Below, in pieces: positions 39,620-52,074 of a stretch of DNA of 64,000 nucleotides. The position numbers and the translations under genes are program-made. Origin of the DNA: Mobula hypostoma (lineage: Eukaryota); contig NC_086097.1 in NCBI RefSeq assembly GCF_963921235.1, positions 24,864,001 through 24,928,000 of the forward strand. The letters are read 5' to 3'. Position 1 is the first letter of the stretch. Each line of letters begins with the position of its first letter. The notes below the pieces were generated by a model. The model was given only the letters and a program-made list of their open reading frames with translations. It did no database searches and was not told the origin of the DNA.

Positions 39620-42600
39620 TTTAGGGAATGGGAATAAAGGAGGCCTTTTTTGGTTGGCTGTCAGTGACTGGTGGTGCTCCACAGGGGCTGGTGTTGGGAC
39701 CACTTCTTTTCACATTATATGGCAATAATTTGGACGACGAAATTGATGGTTTTGTGGCCAGGTTTGCGAATGATACAAAGATAGGTGGAGGGGTAGGTAG
39801 AGTCTGCAGAAGGACTTAGACAGATTGGGAGAATGGGCTAAGAGGTGGCAGGGAGAATATAATATAGGGAAATGTTTGCTTCCTCGACACTACACTACCT
39901 TTGGTATAAGGAATAAAGGCATAGACTATTTTCTTGACAGGGAAAAAAATTCAAAAATCAGAGATGCAAAGGGATTTGGGAGTCCCTAAACATTAACTTG
40001 GTGGTATAGAAAGCAAGTACAATGTTAGCATTCATTTCTAGAGAACTAGAATATAAAAGCAAGGAGATAATGCTGAGGCTTTAGAAGGCACTTGTCAGAC
40101 TGCTCTTGTGTAGTAAGCAGTTTTGAGCCCCTTATCGAAGAAAAGACGTGTTTGCATTGGAGAGACTCCAGAGGAGGTTCACGAGAATTAAAGTTCAAAG
40201 TTCAAAGTAAAATTTATTATGAGAATACATACAGTACAAATCACCACATAAAACCCTGAGATTCTATTTCAGGCAGACATACCCAGGAAATGCATAGATT
40301 AGTAACTGTAAATAAGGTCAATGATTGAGCAGAAGCGTAGAGGACTACAGACTGTTGAATGTAACTATAAATAAATAGCAATAAATAATGAGAGCATGAA
40401 GTAACAAGATAAAGAATCCTTAAAGTGAGATCACTGGTTGTGGAAACACCTCAATAGATGAGTGTAATTATCCTCCTTTGTTCAAGAGCCTGATAGTTGT
40501 GGGGTATTAACTGTTCTTGATCCTGATAGTGTGAGTCCTGGGGCACTTATATCTTCTGCCTGATGGCAGCAGCAAGACAAGAGCTTGACCTGGGTGATGA
40601 GGATCTTTGATGATGGATGCTGCTTTCCTACAACAGTGTTTCATGTCAATGTGCTCAATGGTTGGGAGGTTTTACTCATTATATATTGGGCCTAATCCAC
40701 TACCTTTTGTAGAATTTTCCATTCAAAGGCATTTTTGTTCCTATACCAGGCGGTAATGCAGCCAGTCAATACACTTTCCTCTACACATCTTTAGAACTTT
40801 GTCAAGGTTTTTGATGGCATGCTGAGTCTCCTTCTAGGGAAATAGAGGCACTGTCATGCTTTCTTTGTCATTGCATTCGTATAATGCATCCAGGACAGGT
40901 CCTCTGACATAGTGACACACAAGAATTTAAAGTTACTGACCTTCTCCACCTCCCATCCTCCTCTGGTTTTCCTCTCTTGAAGTCTACAATTAGCTCCTTG
41001 GTCTTGCGGACATTGAGTGAGACCACTCAGACAAATTTTCAATCTCCCTCTTGTATGCTGATTCATCACCACCTTTGATACGGCCCACTACAGTGGTGTC
41101 GTCAGCAAGTTTGAATATGATGTTGGAGCTGTACTTAGCCAAACATAGGTGTAAAGCCAGCAGAGAATGAAAGGGTTAATGTATGAAGAGCTTTTGATGG
41201 TCCTGGGCCTGTACTTGAGAAGTTTAAAAGAATCATGGGGTAAGGGGATTCCCACTGAAACCTAATCAAATATGAAAGTACTCCGTAGAGTGGACATGGA
41301 GATAATATCTCCTATAGTGGAGGAGTCTAGAACCAGAGGGCACAGCCTCAGAGTAGAGGGATGTCCATTTAGAACAGAGATTAGGAAGAATTTCTTCTGC
41401 CAGAGGCAGGGCCGGATTTAGTGTGACCGGGGCCCCTGCCGACACCGTAAAATGCTGCTGTACCAAGCAAAAAAAGGCAAGAACGAGCAAAGGTCGTACT
41501 GGTCTAAATATGAAAGCTGTGGACCAAGACATTGGTTTAGTACAATATGTAGGCTATAAACTTACAGGCCTTAAGAGGGAGGACAGAAAGTAATGCAGAT
41601 TCTTAGTTTGAAGGACAGCATCTAAAGCACTCAAAAATTGACCTAGGCTTAATTGGCTTAGTAAAGTTATGAGGGAGATGGAGTATGATGTATAAATGTA
41701 TAAATCTTTATTTGGCTATTGCTACACATACCATAGGCCTTATTTCTGAAACAATGCCAAAGCATTTTTATCGAGGTATTTTTCTCAACCGTGTGTTCTG
41801 AGAAAGTAAAATGGAAATGAGAGACAAAAAGGCCAAGAGAGATGGCACTATGGCAAACTAGGAAACTTGACAATACTCCAACAAGCTTTTTGAAAAATGA
41901 GATTTTCAAAAATGAGACGCTGGTGTAACATAGGTCAGTATTGTTTTCCTGTGGTGTTCGCTATTTTCATGCTCTCCTATGCGCTCAGTGGCATGTTTCC
42001 AGTCGCTAAAGCCAGTTTCGAAGATGGACTGGCAGTTACCATCACTGAAGATGTGGCATGCAGAACAAAACACACAGCTGGTAGAAGGGGAATATGAGAG
42101 CCATTGCCTTGATATATACTCACCATTTAAAAGCTTGCATTTGAAGTGAAATTTGGAGAAAAAACTTCTCTGCTGTTTGTATACTTGTTCCGAAGCTTTC
42201 ATATCCACATCCTTATTCTGGCAGGACTCCAGCCCTTTCTTAGCCCAGTACGCTCGGACTGAATCATCTAACGTTTCCTTTCCCCAGCGAGCAGGATCAG
42301 TGCTGTAAGGATCCTCAGTAGCGGTAATGTTAACATTAATGGTGGCCCGACTTGGTTGTTTGGAAGCCTCTGTGGTCAGGAATCACAAAGTCATGCTCTC
42401 TGCCTCTTCAACGTTAGCTGCTGACTGTAGCAAGGATGGTGGTCCTGTGCTAACGCTGGTGGTCTCTCAGCTCCATTTGTCCACCGGTCTCAGACTGTGA
42501 CAAGAGCGATGGTACTGCTGTATCATCGAGAACAGGATTAAAAAATTCTGTCAATTTCAATATCTTTTTTAATGCTTCTTTCTCACAGTCCTCTTTTGCT

Positions 42601-42970
42601 TGTTTCTTTTTTCTTTTCTGTGCTCCACTCTCGTATTTTTTTTGTCTGCCATGATGATAGCTACTTATTTTGGGCCCCTCTGCAGCTCTGCCTATGGGTT
42701 GCTGCCCAGCCTAGCCCTGCCTAAAGTCCGGCCCTGGCCAGAGGGCAGGGAATCTGTGAAATTCATTGACAGAGACAGTTGTGGAGGCAACTGGATATAT
42801 TTAGAGCAGATATGGATAGGTTCTTGATTAGTCAGGGCATCAAAGGTTATGAGAAGAAGACAGGAGAATGAAGTTGAGAGGGAAAATAAGCCAGCCATTA
42901 TGAAATGGCAAAGGAGACTTGATGGGTCAAATGGCCTAATTCTGTTCCTATGATCTTATAGTTTTATGGT
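39620..42970 (+). mobile_element. CR1 LINE (RT to 3' end) hosting a Rex1 fragment (~40190-41160, minus) and a hAT (41407-42736)
   Basis: GAPQGLVLGPLLF...RFANDTK; CR1 sequence resumes after each insert. Confidence 0.88.
41407..42736 (-). mobile_element. hAT-Tip100-type (ZMYM1-like) transposon deletion derivative retaining the transposase N-terminus
   Basis: TIRs cagggccggatttag / ctaaagtccggccctg; exact 8-bp TSD gccagagg at 41399-41406 and 42737-42744; RQWLSYS..VFCSAC..F...GFSDWKH..RIGEHENSEHH (TTF-type Zn finger); frameshifted MADKK-YESGAQKRKKK start near 42653. Confidence 0.93.
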
Positions 42971-44382
42971 CTGATTTTTATCGATGCACACAGAAGCCAT
43001 CCTATTTGGATGCATCACGGCTTGGCATGGCAACTGCTCTGCATATGACCGCAAGAAACCGCAGAGTTGTAGATACATCGAGGCACATCACAAGAACCAG
43101 CCTTCTCTATACAGACTGCCTACATTTCAGGCTGCTTAAGTAAAGCATAATTAAAGGCCCCACCCACCCCAGACATTCTCTCCTTCCCCCTCTCCCATCA
43201 GGTAGAAGATACAAAAGCCTGAAAGCACGTACCACCAGGTTTTAGGGCAGCTTCTATCCCGCTGTAATCAGATTATTAAATGCTTCCTCACTATGGTAAG
43301 ATAGACTCTGATCTGCCATAGGAATTCCGAGAGGTCCATGAACCCATGAACACTACTTCATCACTTTGCTGTCTTTTGGCACCATTTATTTATTTTCTTA
43401 TTGTAATCTATAATTTTTTATGTATTGCACTGTATTGTGGCTCCAAACAGATAAATAGATTCTGATTTTTGACCTCACAATCTACCTCATTATGACCTTG
43501 CACCTTGTTGTTTACCTGCACTGTACCTTCTCTGTAGCTGTTACACTGTATTCTGTTGTGTTATTGTTTTACCTTGTTCTACCCCAATGCTCGGTGTAAT
43601 GATCTGATCTGTATGAACAGTATGCAAGACAAGCTCTCACTGTGTCTCTGTACGTGTGACAATGGTAAACCAATTCCATTTCCAATACCAAAATGACTCT
43701 GGGTGATTTCTTTCACTTCAAAGCCCGTGAAGCTCAACTAATCAACTACATTTCCTTTCATAAGAGGCTTTTCTGAGGCACACAGCAAATATTTTACAGA
43801 GATTAGTGTCTATCACATTCGTAGCCAGTGATCAGACACAGTCACACTTTGATTTTGCATCCTGTGCAGCCTTTCCATTCATTCCAACGTGGAAGGTTGA
43901 AAGCACGGCTGAACACCTCCCTTGTAAGTTCAGAATTTGGTCCCCAGTTCAGTGGAAGAAGCCAAAAGTGCATCCCCCACCCTCCCCGCCCACCCCTTTT
44001 CCAAAGGAGGTTTACTCAGCAACACATTGTTTACGGGTCACAGGGAGAACGTACAAACTCCTTACAGACGGTGCTTGAAATTGAATCTGAACTCCGACAC
44101 CTTGAGCTACAATAGCATCGCGCTAACCTCTAATCTACCGGGCTGCCCCCGCCAACAATAAAACAGTACTCCACCATTCACACTGTGTACAGTTTTAAAA
44201 GGTAACGCCCCACGGACTTGTGGATGAGTTCAACAATTAAGAGAAGTTTGGATAAGTACGTGGATTTGAGTGTATTGAGGGCTATGATCCAGGTGCAGTT
44301 TGATGGGACGAGGCAGAGTAATAGTCTGGCACAGGCTAGATGGGCCAAATAGCCTGTTTCTGTGCTGTACCATATGATCCAC

Positions 44383-45362
44383 ATTTACAATATACATTAA
44401 TGATTTAGATGAAGGGATTAAAAGTAACGTTAGCAAATTTGCAGATGACACAAAGCTGGGTGACAGTGTGAAATGTGCAGAGGATGTCGTGGTCACGCAG
44501 GATGACTTGGACAGGTTGGGTGAGTGGGCGGATGCATGGCAGATGCAGTTTAATGTGGATTAATGTGAGGTTATCCACTTTGGTGGTAAGAACGGGAAGG
44601 CAGATTACTATTTGAATGGTGTCAAGTTAGGAAAAGGGGAAGTACAATGAGATCTAGGTGTCCTTGTTCATCAGTCACTGAAAGTAAGCATGCAGGTACA
44701 GCAGGCAGTGAAGAAAGCTAATGGCATGTTGCCTTCATAACAAGGGGGTTGAGTATAGGAGCAAAGAGGTCCTTCTGCAGTTGTACAGGGCCCTAGTGAG
44801 ACCACACCTGGAGTATTGTGTACAGTTTTGGTCTCCAAATTTGAGGAAGGACATTCTTGCTATTGAGGGAGTGCAGCGTAGGTTCACGAGGTTAATTCCC
44901 AGGATGGCGGGACTGTCATATGTTGAAAGATTGAAGCGACTGGGCTTGTATACACTGGAATTTAGAAGGATGAGAGGGGATTTGATTGAAACATTTAAGA
45001 CTATTAAGGGATTGGACATGCTAGAGGCAGGAAAAATGTTTCTGATGATGGAAGAGTCCAGAACCAGAGGCCACAATTTGAGAATAAGGGGTAAGCCATT
45101 TAGAATGGAGTTGAGGAAAAATCTTTTCACCCAGAGAGTTGTGGATCTGTGGAATGCTCTGCCTCAGAAGGCAGTGGAGGCCAATTCTCTGGATGCTTTC
45201 AAGAAAGAGTTAGATAGAGCTGTTAATGATAGCGGAGTGAAGGGATACGTGGAGAAGGCAGGAATGGGGTATTGATTGTGGTTGATCAGCCATGATCACA
45301 GTGAATGGTGGTGCTGGCTCCAAGCGCCGAATGGCTTACTCCTGCACCTATCGTCTACTGTC
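44383..45362 (+). mobile_element. CR1 LINE, 5'-truncated and relatively young
   Basis: YINDLDEGIKSNVSKFADDTK and a 184-aa nearly intact C-terminal frame. Confidence 0.93.
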
Positions 45363-46304
45363 CACTCTATCCAGAACGCATTCAAGCCCCTGAGATGCCC
45401 ACCAGCCCCACAAATTCCCCCCACTGTACCTGTGGATACCATGTGCTCCTTCTCCAAGGACAAACAGACATGCAGAGGAGGAGCAGGCAGTCAGCTGGGG
45501 CAGAACTCTCCACTGCCAATATGCTTGCCTATCTGGATGGCATTCTGACTGAATGAGTTAAATCGAACCTCAGGGAGTTGCCAGTGTAGTCATGGACCCC
45601 TCCCCACCCCTGATGGTCAGATGGAAGAGTTGTATCAGAAGAAACAGCAAGGCAGATAACACACTGGTGTGACCACCACAAGGCTCCAATGACCTAGGTT
45701 CAACTCTGACCTCAGGTGTATGTGTACCTGTGTGGAGTGTGCATGTTCTCCCAGTAACCAGATGGATTTCTCCCAAGGTCTCCATTTTCTTAGTAGAATT
45801 ATTGAGTGGGGGGTATGTGGGGAGAATTTAAAAATAAGTCCCATCATCAGCGAGTCGGGAGTTTGAGGCCTGTTGTTCCCGGTCCTCGTTTGTTGCCTGT
45901 GGTGAGTCCTGGAGCGGAAAGCAAGATCCAAACCCGAAGGTTGATCAGAAGTCCGGAAGTGGAGGAGCAATGGTCAAAGCCCACGGTCTGCAAGTCCCCT
46001 GGAGAAGTCAGAGGCTCGATATCTGTGAGCCCACAAGTCTACTGGAGGCCCAGAGGCATCGCGACCAGGAGACAGAGGACTGTTTGAGTGTGTGGGCGGC
46101 TGGGAGGGGGGAAAGGGCTTGTTTTGTTCTTCTATTGCTGTTGCTTGTGTTGTTTTGTGAACATGGTGGGCACGCTAAGTTCACTCTGGAATGTGTGCCA
46201 ACACTTATGGGCTGCCCCAGCACATCCTTAGGTTGTGTTGGTTGTTAACACAAATGACACATTTCACTGTATCGACGTGCAAATAATCAATGAACCTGAG
46301 CCAG

Positions 46305-47878
46305 ATTCCTCACTACAGGGATCAGGAGTGGGAACTGTAAGCAACTTCACGTTCCCGGGTGCCAACATCACTGATGATCTACCCTGGACCCAATATATCG
46401 ATGCAGCTACAAAGAAGATAGCAGCTATATTTCAGAATCAGAATCAGGTTTATTATCACCGGCATGCATGTCATGAAATTTAACTTAACAGCAGCAGTTC
46501 AATGCAATACATAATATAGAAGAAGAATAAATAAATAAAATTATAATGGGGGGGAACGTTGACTCAGACCATGAGAGGCCTGCGTCGGGCACTTTCATGC
46601 CTTACAAGGTTAAACTTCAAGTCTGTGTGGGGCGCCACTGCTCGCACAGACACTAGAGCAATGTGTGATTAAGTGCCTTGCTCAAGGACACAAACATGCC
46701 ACCACAGCTGAGGCTCGAACGAGCAACCTTCAGATCACTAGACGAACGCCTTAACCACTTGGTAAAAATAAATAAATAAGGAAATCAATTACAGTATATC
46801 TATATTGAATAGATTTAAAATGTGCAAAAACAGAAATAATATAAAATATATTTTAAAAGGTGAGATAGTGTTCATGGGTTCAACGTCCATTTAGGAATCG
46901 GTTGGCAGAGGAGAAGAAGCTGTTCCTGAATCGCTGAGTGTGTACTTTCAGGCTTCTGTACCTCCTTCCTGATGGTAGCAGTGAGGAAAGGGCATGCCCT
47001 GGGTGATGGGGGTCCTTAATAACGGACACTGCCTTTCTGAGATACTGCTCCTTGAAGTTGTCCTGGGTACGTTGTCGGTTAGATGGAGCTGATTAAATTT
47101 ACGCCCCTCTGCAGCTTCTTTCGGTCCCATGCAGTAGTCCCCCCATGCCAGACAGTGATGCAGCCTGTCAGAATGCTCTCCACAGTACATCTATAGAAGT
47201 TTTTGAGTGTATTTGTTGACATACCAAATCTCTTCAAACTCCTAATGAAATATAGTCGCTGTCTTGCCTTCTTTGTAACTGTCAGGACCATGTTAGGTCC
47301 TCAGATATCTTGACACCCAGGAACTTGAAACTGCTCACTCTCTCCACTTCTGATCCCTCATTAGGAGCTTGAGGAGATTTGGTATGTCACCAAAGACACT
47401 CGCAAATTTCTACAGATGTCCCATGGAGAGCATTCTAACTAGGGCGGGGAGGTGACTATGGCACAGGATTGAAATAAGCTGCAGAAAGTTGTAAAATTTT
47501 TCAGGCTCCATCATGGGAACTAGCCTCGGTCATATCCAGGACATCTTCAAGGAGTGATTGCCCCAAAAGAGGTGGCACCCATCATCAAGGGCCCCCATCA
47601 CCCAGGACGTGCCTTGCTTTCATTGCTGCCCTCAGGGAAGAGATGCAGAAGCCTGAGCCACACAGAACAATTCAGGAATGGCTTTATCCCCTCTGCCGTC
47701 TGATTTCTGAATGAACATTGAACCGTGAACATTACCTCACTACTTCTTTATTTCTATTCTTACTGCAATTCACTGTCTTTTTCTCTATTATTACGTATTG
47801 CACTGTAGTGCTGCCGCAAAACAACAAATTTCATGGCATATGCCAGTGATATTAAACCTGATTCTGATCTGAATCTGA
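46305..47878. mobile_element. Rex1 3' fragment (plus) with an antisense Rex1 (~46430-47358) nested inside
   Basis: Host reads gctatatttca|ttaggagcttgaggag across the insert; insert has KKARQRLYFIRSLKRFGMS and a cagaat tail. Confidence 0.85.
46548..46763 (-). mobile_element. tRNA-derived SINE inside the Rex1 3' UTR
   Basis: Minus strand ccaagtggttaaggcg (A-box-like), gttcgagcc (B-box-like), then tccttgagcaaggcacttaa. Confidence 0.75.
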
Positions 47879-49469
47879 GCTGATGGCTGGCATTGCCTCA
47901 GGAAATCTGAAATAAAAACAGAAAATGCTGGAAACACTCGGCAGGCCAGGCAGCATCTTGGAGAGAGAACCAGAGATGATGTTCCAGGTCTGAGACCTTT
48001 ATTCAAATGCTACCTGACTCGCTGAGAGTTTTCACTTCCTGCTTTTGCTTCAGATTTTTAGTATCCGCAGTCTTTCATGAATTACAAACAACCTCAGACT
48101 TTCTTTCAGCATTAAAATCACTTCTGGTAAGAAATGTTTGACACAGGAAAGCAAAGTCAATAAGACCTGTCTCGCCACAGCTATGTCAATCTGAATCAGT
48201 AAACAAGCATCAGACATAATTGACCAGTCATCAAAATGTCGCAGCAACGAAATGTTCCTCCAGTCAATAGTGTGAGAAAAGGGTTCAGTAAAATAGAAAT
48301 CATTAAAAGTATGGAGGTAGTTGAAACAAAAAATGCATCTCTCTGAAAATGCTGCTTCTCGCTGTCTCAGTAAGGCAGCCAGCATAATCAAAGACTACCC
48401 ACCCTGGACATTCTGTCTTCTCTCTCCCCACAACAAGAGATAAAAAAAAAACCCTGAAAACACATTACAAAATAGCCTGAAAGCACCTACCACCAGGCTC
48501 AGGGACAGCTTCCATCCCGCTGTTACATGACTATTGAACGGACCCCTGGTATGATAAGATGGACAGTCGACCTCATTATGATGCTGCACTTTATTGTCAG
48601 CCTGCACTGCACCTTCTCAAAGATCAAAGTACACGTAGAATCAAAGTATATATTTTTTATACAACCCAGAGGTTCGTCTTCCTGCAGAGAGCTGCAAAAA
48701 CAAAGCAACACCATGGGCCCCATTGAAAGAAAATATCATACATCCAATGAGCAAAAAAAGAACAAATAGTGCAAAAACAGCAAAAACAATAGGCAACAGA
48801 TAATAGACAATAGGTGCAGGAGTAGGCCATTCGGCCCTTCGAGCCAGCACCGCCATTCACTGTGATCATGGCTGATCATCCACAATCAGTATCCAGTTCC
48901 TGCCTTATCCCCATATCCCTTGACTCCACTATCTTTAAGAGCTCTATCGAACTCTTTCTTGAAAGCATCCAGAGAATTGGCCTCCACTGCCTTCTGAGGC
49001 AGAGCATTCCACAGATAACACGAGTGAATAGCTCACAGATTATTAAATATCAAACCGCAGAGTCCTTGAATGTTCAGCTTAGTTCTGTTCAGTTCATTTG
49101 CAGACCAGAGCCAGTCTGCCCCAGAAAACTGTAACTATAACCCTTCATTCTGCATTCAAACCCGACCTCCAGTGCTGTCTGCCAGGAGTTTACACATTAC
49201 CCTCGACTGTAGGTGCCCTGGGGTGCTTGGATTACTTCCACACCCCAAAGACATGCAGGTGGGTGGGTTACTTGATCACTCTAAGTTTCCCCAGTGTGTG
49301 GTGAGTGGTAGAATGGATTGGCGATTAACGCATTATTGCCACATGTACAGAGATGCAGTGAAAAGCTCTTGTTTACGTGCAATTTGTACAGATCATTCCA
49401 AATCCGTCAAGGTAGTGCAAATGGAAAAAAAAAACCTGAAAGCACATACCACCAGTCTCAAGGACAACA

Positions 49470-50806
49470 TAGATAAATACAGCATAGGAACAGGCCATTC
49501 GGCCCACAATGTTGTGCCGAACCAGCTAAAAAGCAAATCAGAAACACCCAAACACTAATCCCTCCTACCTACACCATATCCATATCTCCCCATCCTCCTT
49601 ACATCCATGTGCCTATCCAAACGTGTTGTAAATGCCTCTAATGTACTTGCCTCTACTACCTTAGCAAACAGCATGTTCCAGGCATCCATGACTATCTGAG
49701 TAAAAAAAAACTTATCGCTTTCCCCCTTGAACCTACGCTCTGTCACTTTCAAAGCATGTCTTCCGGTATTAGACGTTTCAACCCTGGGAAGCCGTCTACT
49801 CTACCTATACCTCTCATAATCTTGTAAACCTCTATCAGATCTCCCCTCAGCCTCTCAAGCTCCAGAGAAAACTACCCAAGTTTATCTAGTGATAGAACAT
49901 GCCCTATAAACCAGGCAGTATCCTGGTAAACCTCTTCTGCACCCTCTCCAAAGCCTCAACATCCTTCCTGTAGAGGGGTGACCAGATCTGTATGTAACAC
50001 TCCAGATGTGGCTGAACTGGAGTTTAATAGATGTAACATAATCTGTTGACTTTTGAACTCAATGCCTCAAGCTATAGAAGCAAACATTCCCAAGCCTTCT
50101 TAACCACTTTATCGACCTGTGGAGCCACTTTCAAGGAGCTATGAACTTGGATCCCAAGATCTCTCTGCTCAGCAGCCCTGTTAAGATCTTGCCCTTAACA
50201 GTGTACTGTCTCCTTGCATTTGCCCTACTGAGATGCAACACCTCACATTTATCTGGGTTAAACTCCATCTGCCATTTCTTTGCCCATATCTGTAAATGAT
50301 CTATATCGCGCTGTATATTTTGTCAGTCTTCTACATTGTCCACAACTCCACCAATCTTTGTATCATCAGCAAATTTACTTACCCACCCATCTACATTTTC
50401 ATGCGGATCAGATCATATATACGTCACAGCAGCAGGGGTCCCAGCACAGATCCTTGCACAACTCCACTAATTACAGACCTAGCTCAAACAATTCCCTCTG
50501 TCTTCTATGCACAAGCCACTTTTGTATCCAGACAGTGAATTTGCTGTGGACTTCATGCATCTTAATTACCCGGATTAGCCTCCCATGAGGGACTTTGTTA
50601 AACACCTTACTAAAATCCTTGTAGACAACATCCACTGCCCTACCCTCATCAATTGCTCTTGTCACCTTGTCAAAAAACTCAATCAAGTTGGTAAGGCATG
50701 ACCTGCCCCACACAAAGCCATGCTGGCTCTCCCTAATTAGGCTATGGGCTTCCAAATGCTCATATATCCTATCCCTGAGAATTTTCTCCAGCAATTTCCC
50801 TACAAT
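49470..50806 (-). mobile_element. CR1 LINE RT to 3' end
   Basis: SQHGFVWGRSCLTNLIEFF...FSKVFNKVPH. Confidence 0.9.
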
Positions 50807-52074
50807 TGTTTCCCCAGCTTCTAACCCTTGTTATGAGACCATTGAACAGTCCCCTTGATTTCACAATCCACTTTGTTGTGGCTTTGCATCTTATTGTCTA
50901 CCTGTACTGCACCTTCTCTGTAGTCGTAGCACTGTATTCCATACACTTTTACTGTTTTCCTTACTACTACCTCAGTGCATTGATGTAATGAAATGATTTG
51001 GATAGATGGCATTCAAAATGAAGTCTTCACTATACTTCAGTATATATGTCAATAATAAACCAACTTACCAATTTACCATCTATATATATAGGTATGGACC
51101 TAAGACGTTGACTGTCACTCTCCTCACAGAAGCTGCCTGGCCAGATGAGCATATGACCATATTCAGCAGATCCTGTTTTTTTTTATTTCAGATTTCTAAA
51201 TGGCGCAGATTTTTTTTTTGATTTTGCTTATCATCTTCCTGCTGTCTAAAGCTCTCCTCCTTACTCTACATCGCCCAGCCAACTGTTGTGCCATCTGCAA
51301 ACTATTTTTATTGTATCCTATCACAAAAAGCTGCGATCTCAACAAATGGCACAGCATCCCCACGGGCTGGGAGTCTGACAAGCGATTCCGCAGATGCTGG
51401 AAGTTCAGAACACACACACAAGCTGCTGGAGGAACTCAGGCAACATCTGTGGAGGGGAGCAGAGAGTTGACACGTCAGGCCAAGATTCCTCATCAACTTG
51501 GGATGGTGGGCAACTCTTGGGGGAATGGATGTTAGTGAAGCTTAGAGGTGGAAAGTTGCAGAGGGTTGTAGACTCAGTTAGGTCTATCATAGGCCTGTTC
51601 CCATGCTGTGTCTCTGAATAAACAGGCACAACCATTCCTGCTATCAAGGACATCTTCAAATGGTGGTGACTCAGGAAGCAGGTCTCCTTCATTAAGGAGC
51701 TTCACCATCAGGGACATGCTCTTTTTTCATTACAACTATCAGGTAGAAGGTATGAGAGGCTGAAGGTTCGCCCTCAATGCTTTAGGAACAGCTTCGTTTC
51801 CTCTGCCACCAGATGTTCTTGTGCTGCTGTGTTCCTACACTCATTGAATCCACTCTTATTACTCTTTACATTGCATGCATAAAGAAGCAAGTGAATCTGG
51901 AATAGGTTATTGTAGCTTAGTACAATGACTGGAAGGAGGCAGAGTAGGTTTGAGAGAATGACGTACAATGGAACATGATGTACAATGGTGTACTCTGTAC
52001 AATGGAAAGGATGAGGAACACCCAGGATCTGTGGCGGGAGAAACCATCACTGTCACAGTGGTGCAGGTAATAGG

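Noticed and set aside
41906..42208. Host ZMYM1-like zinc-finger exon
   Set aside because: It lies between TIRs with an 8-bp TSD inside a CR1, so it is transposase-derived.
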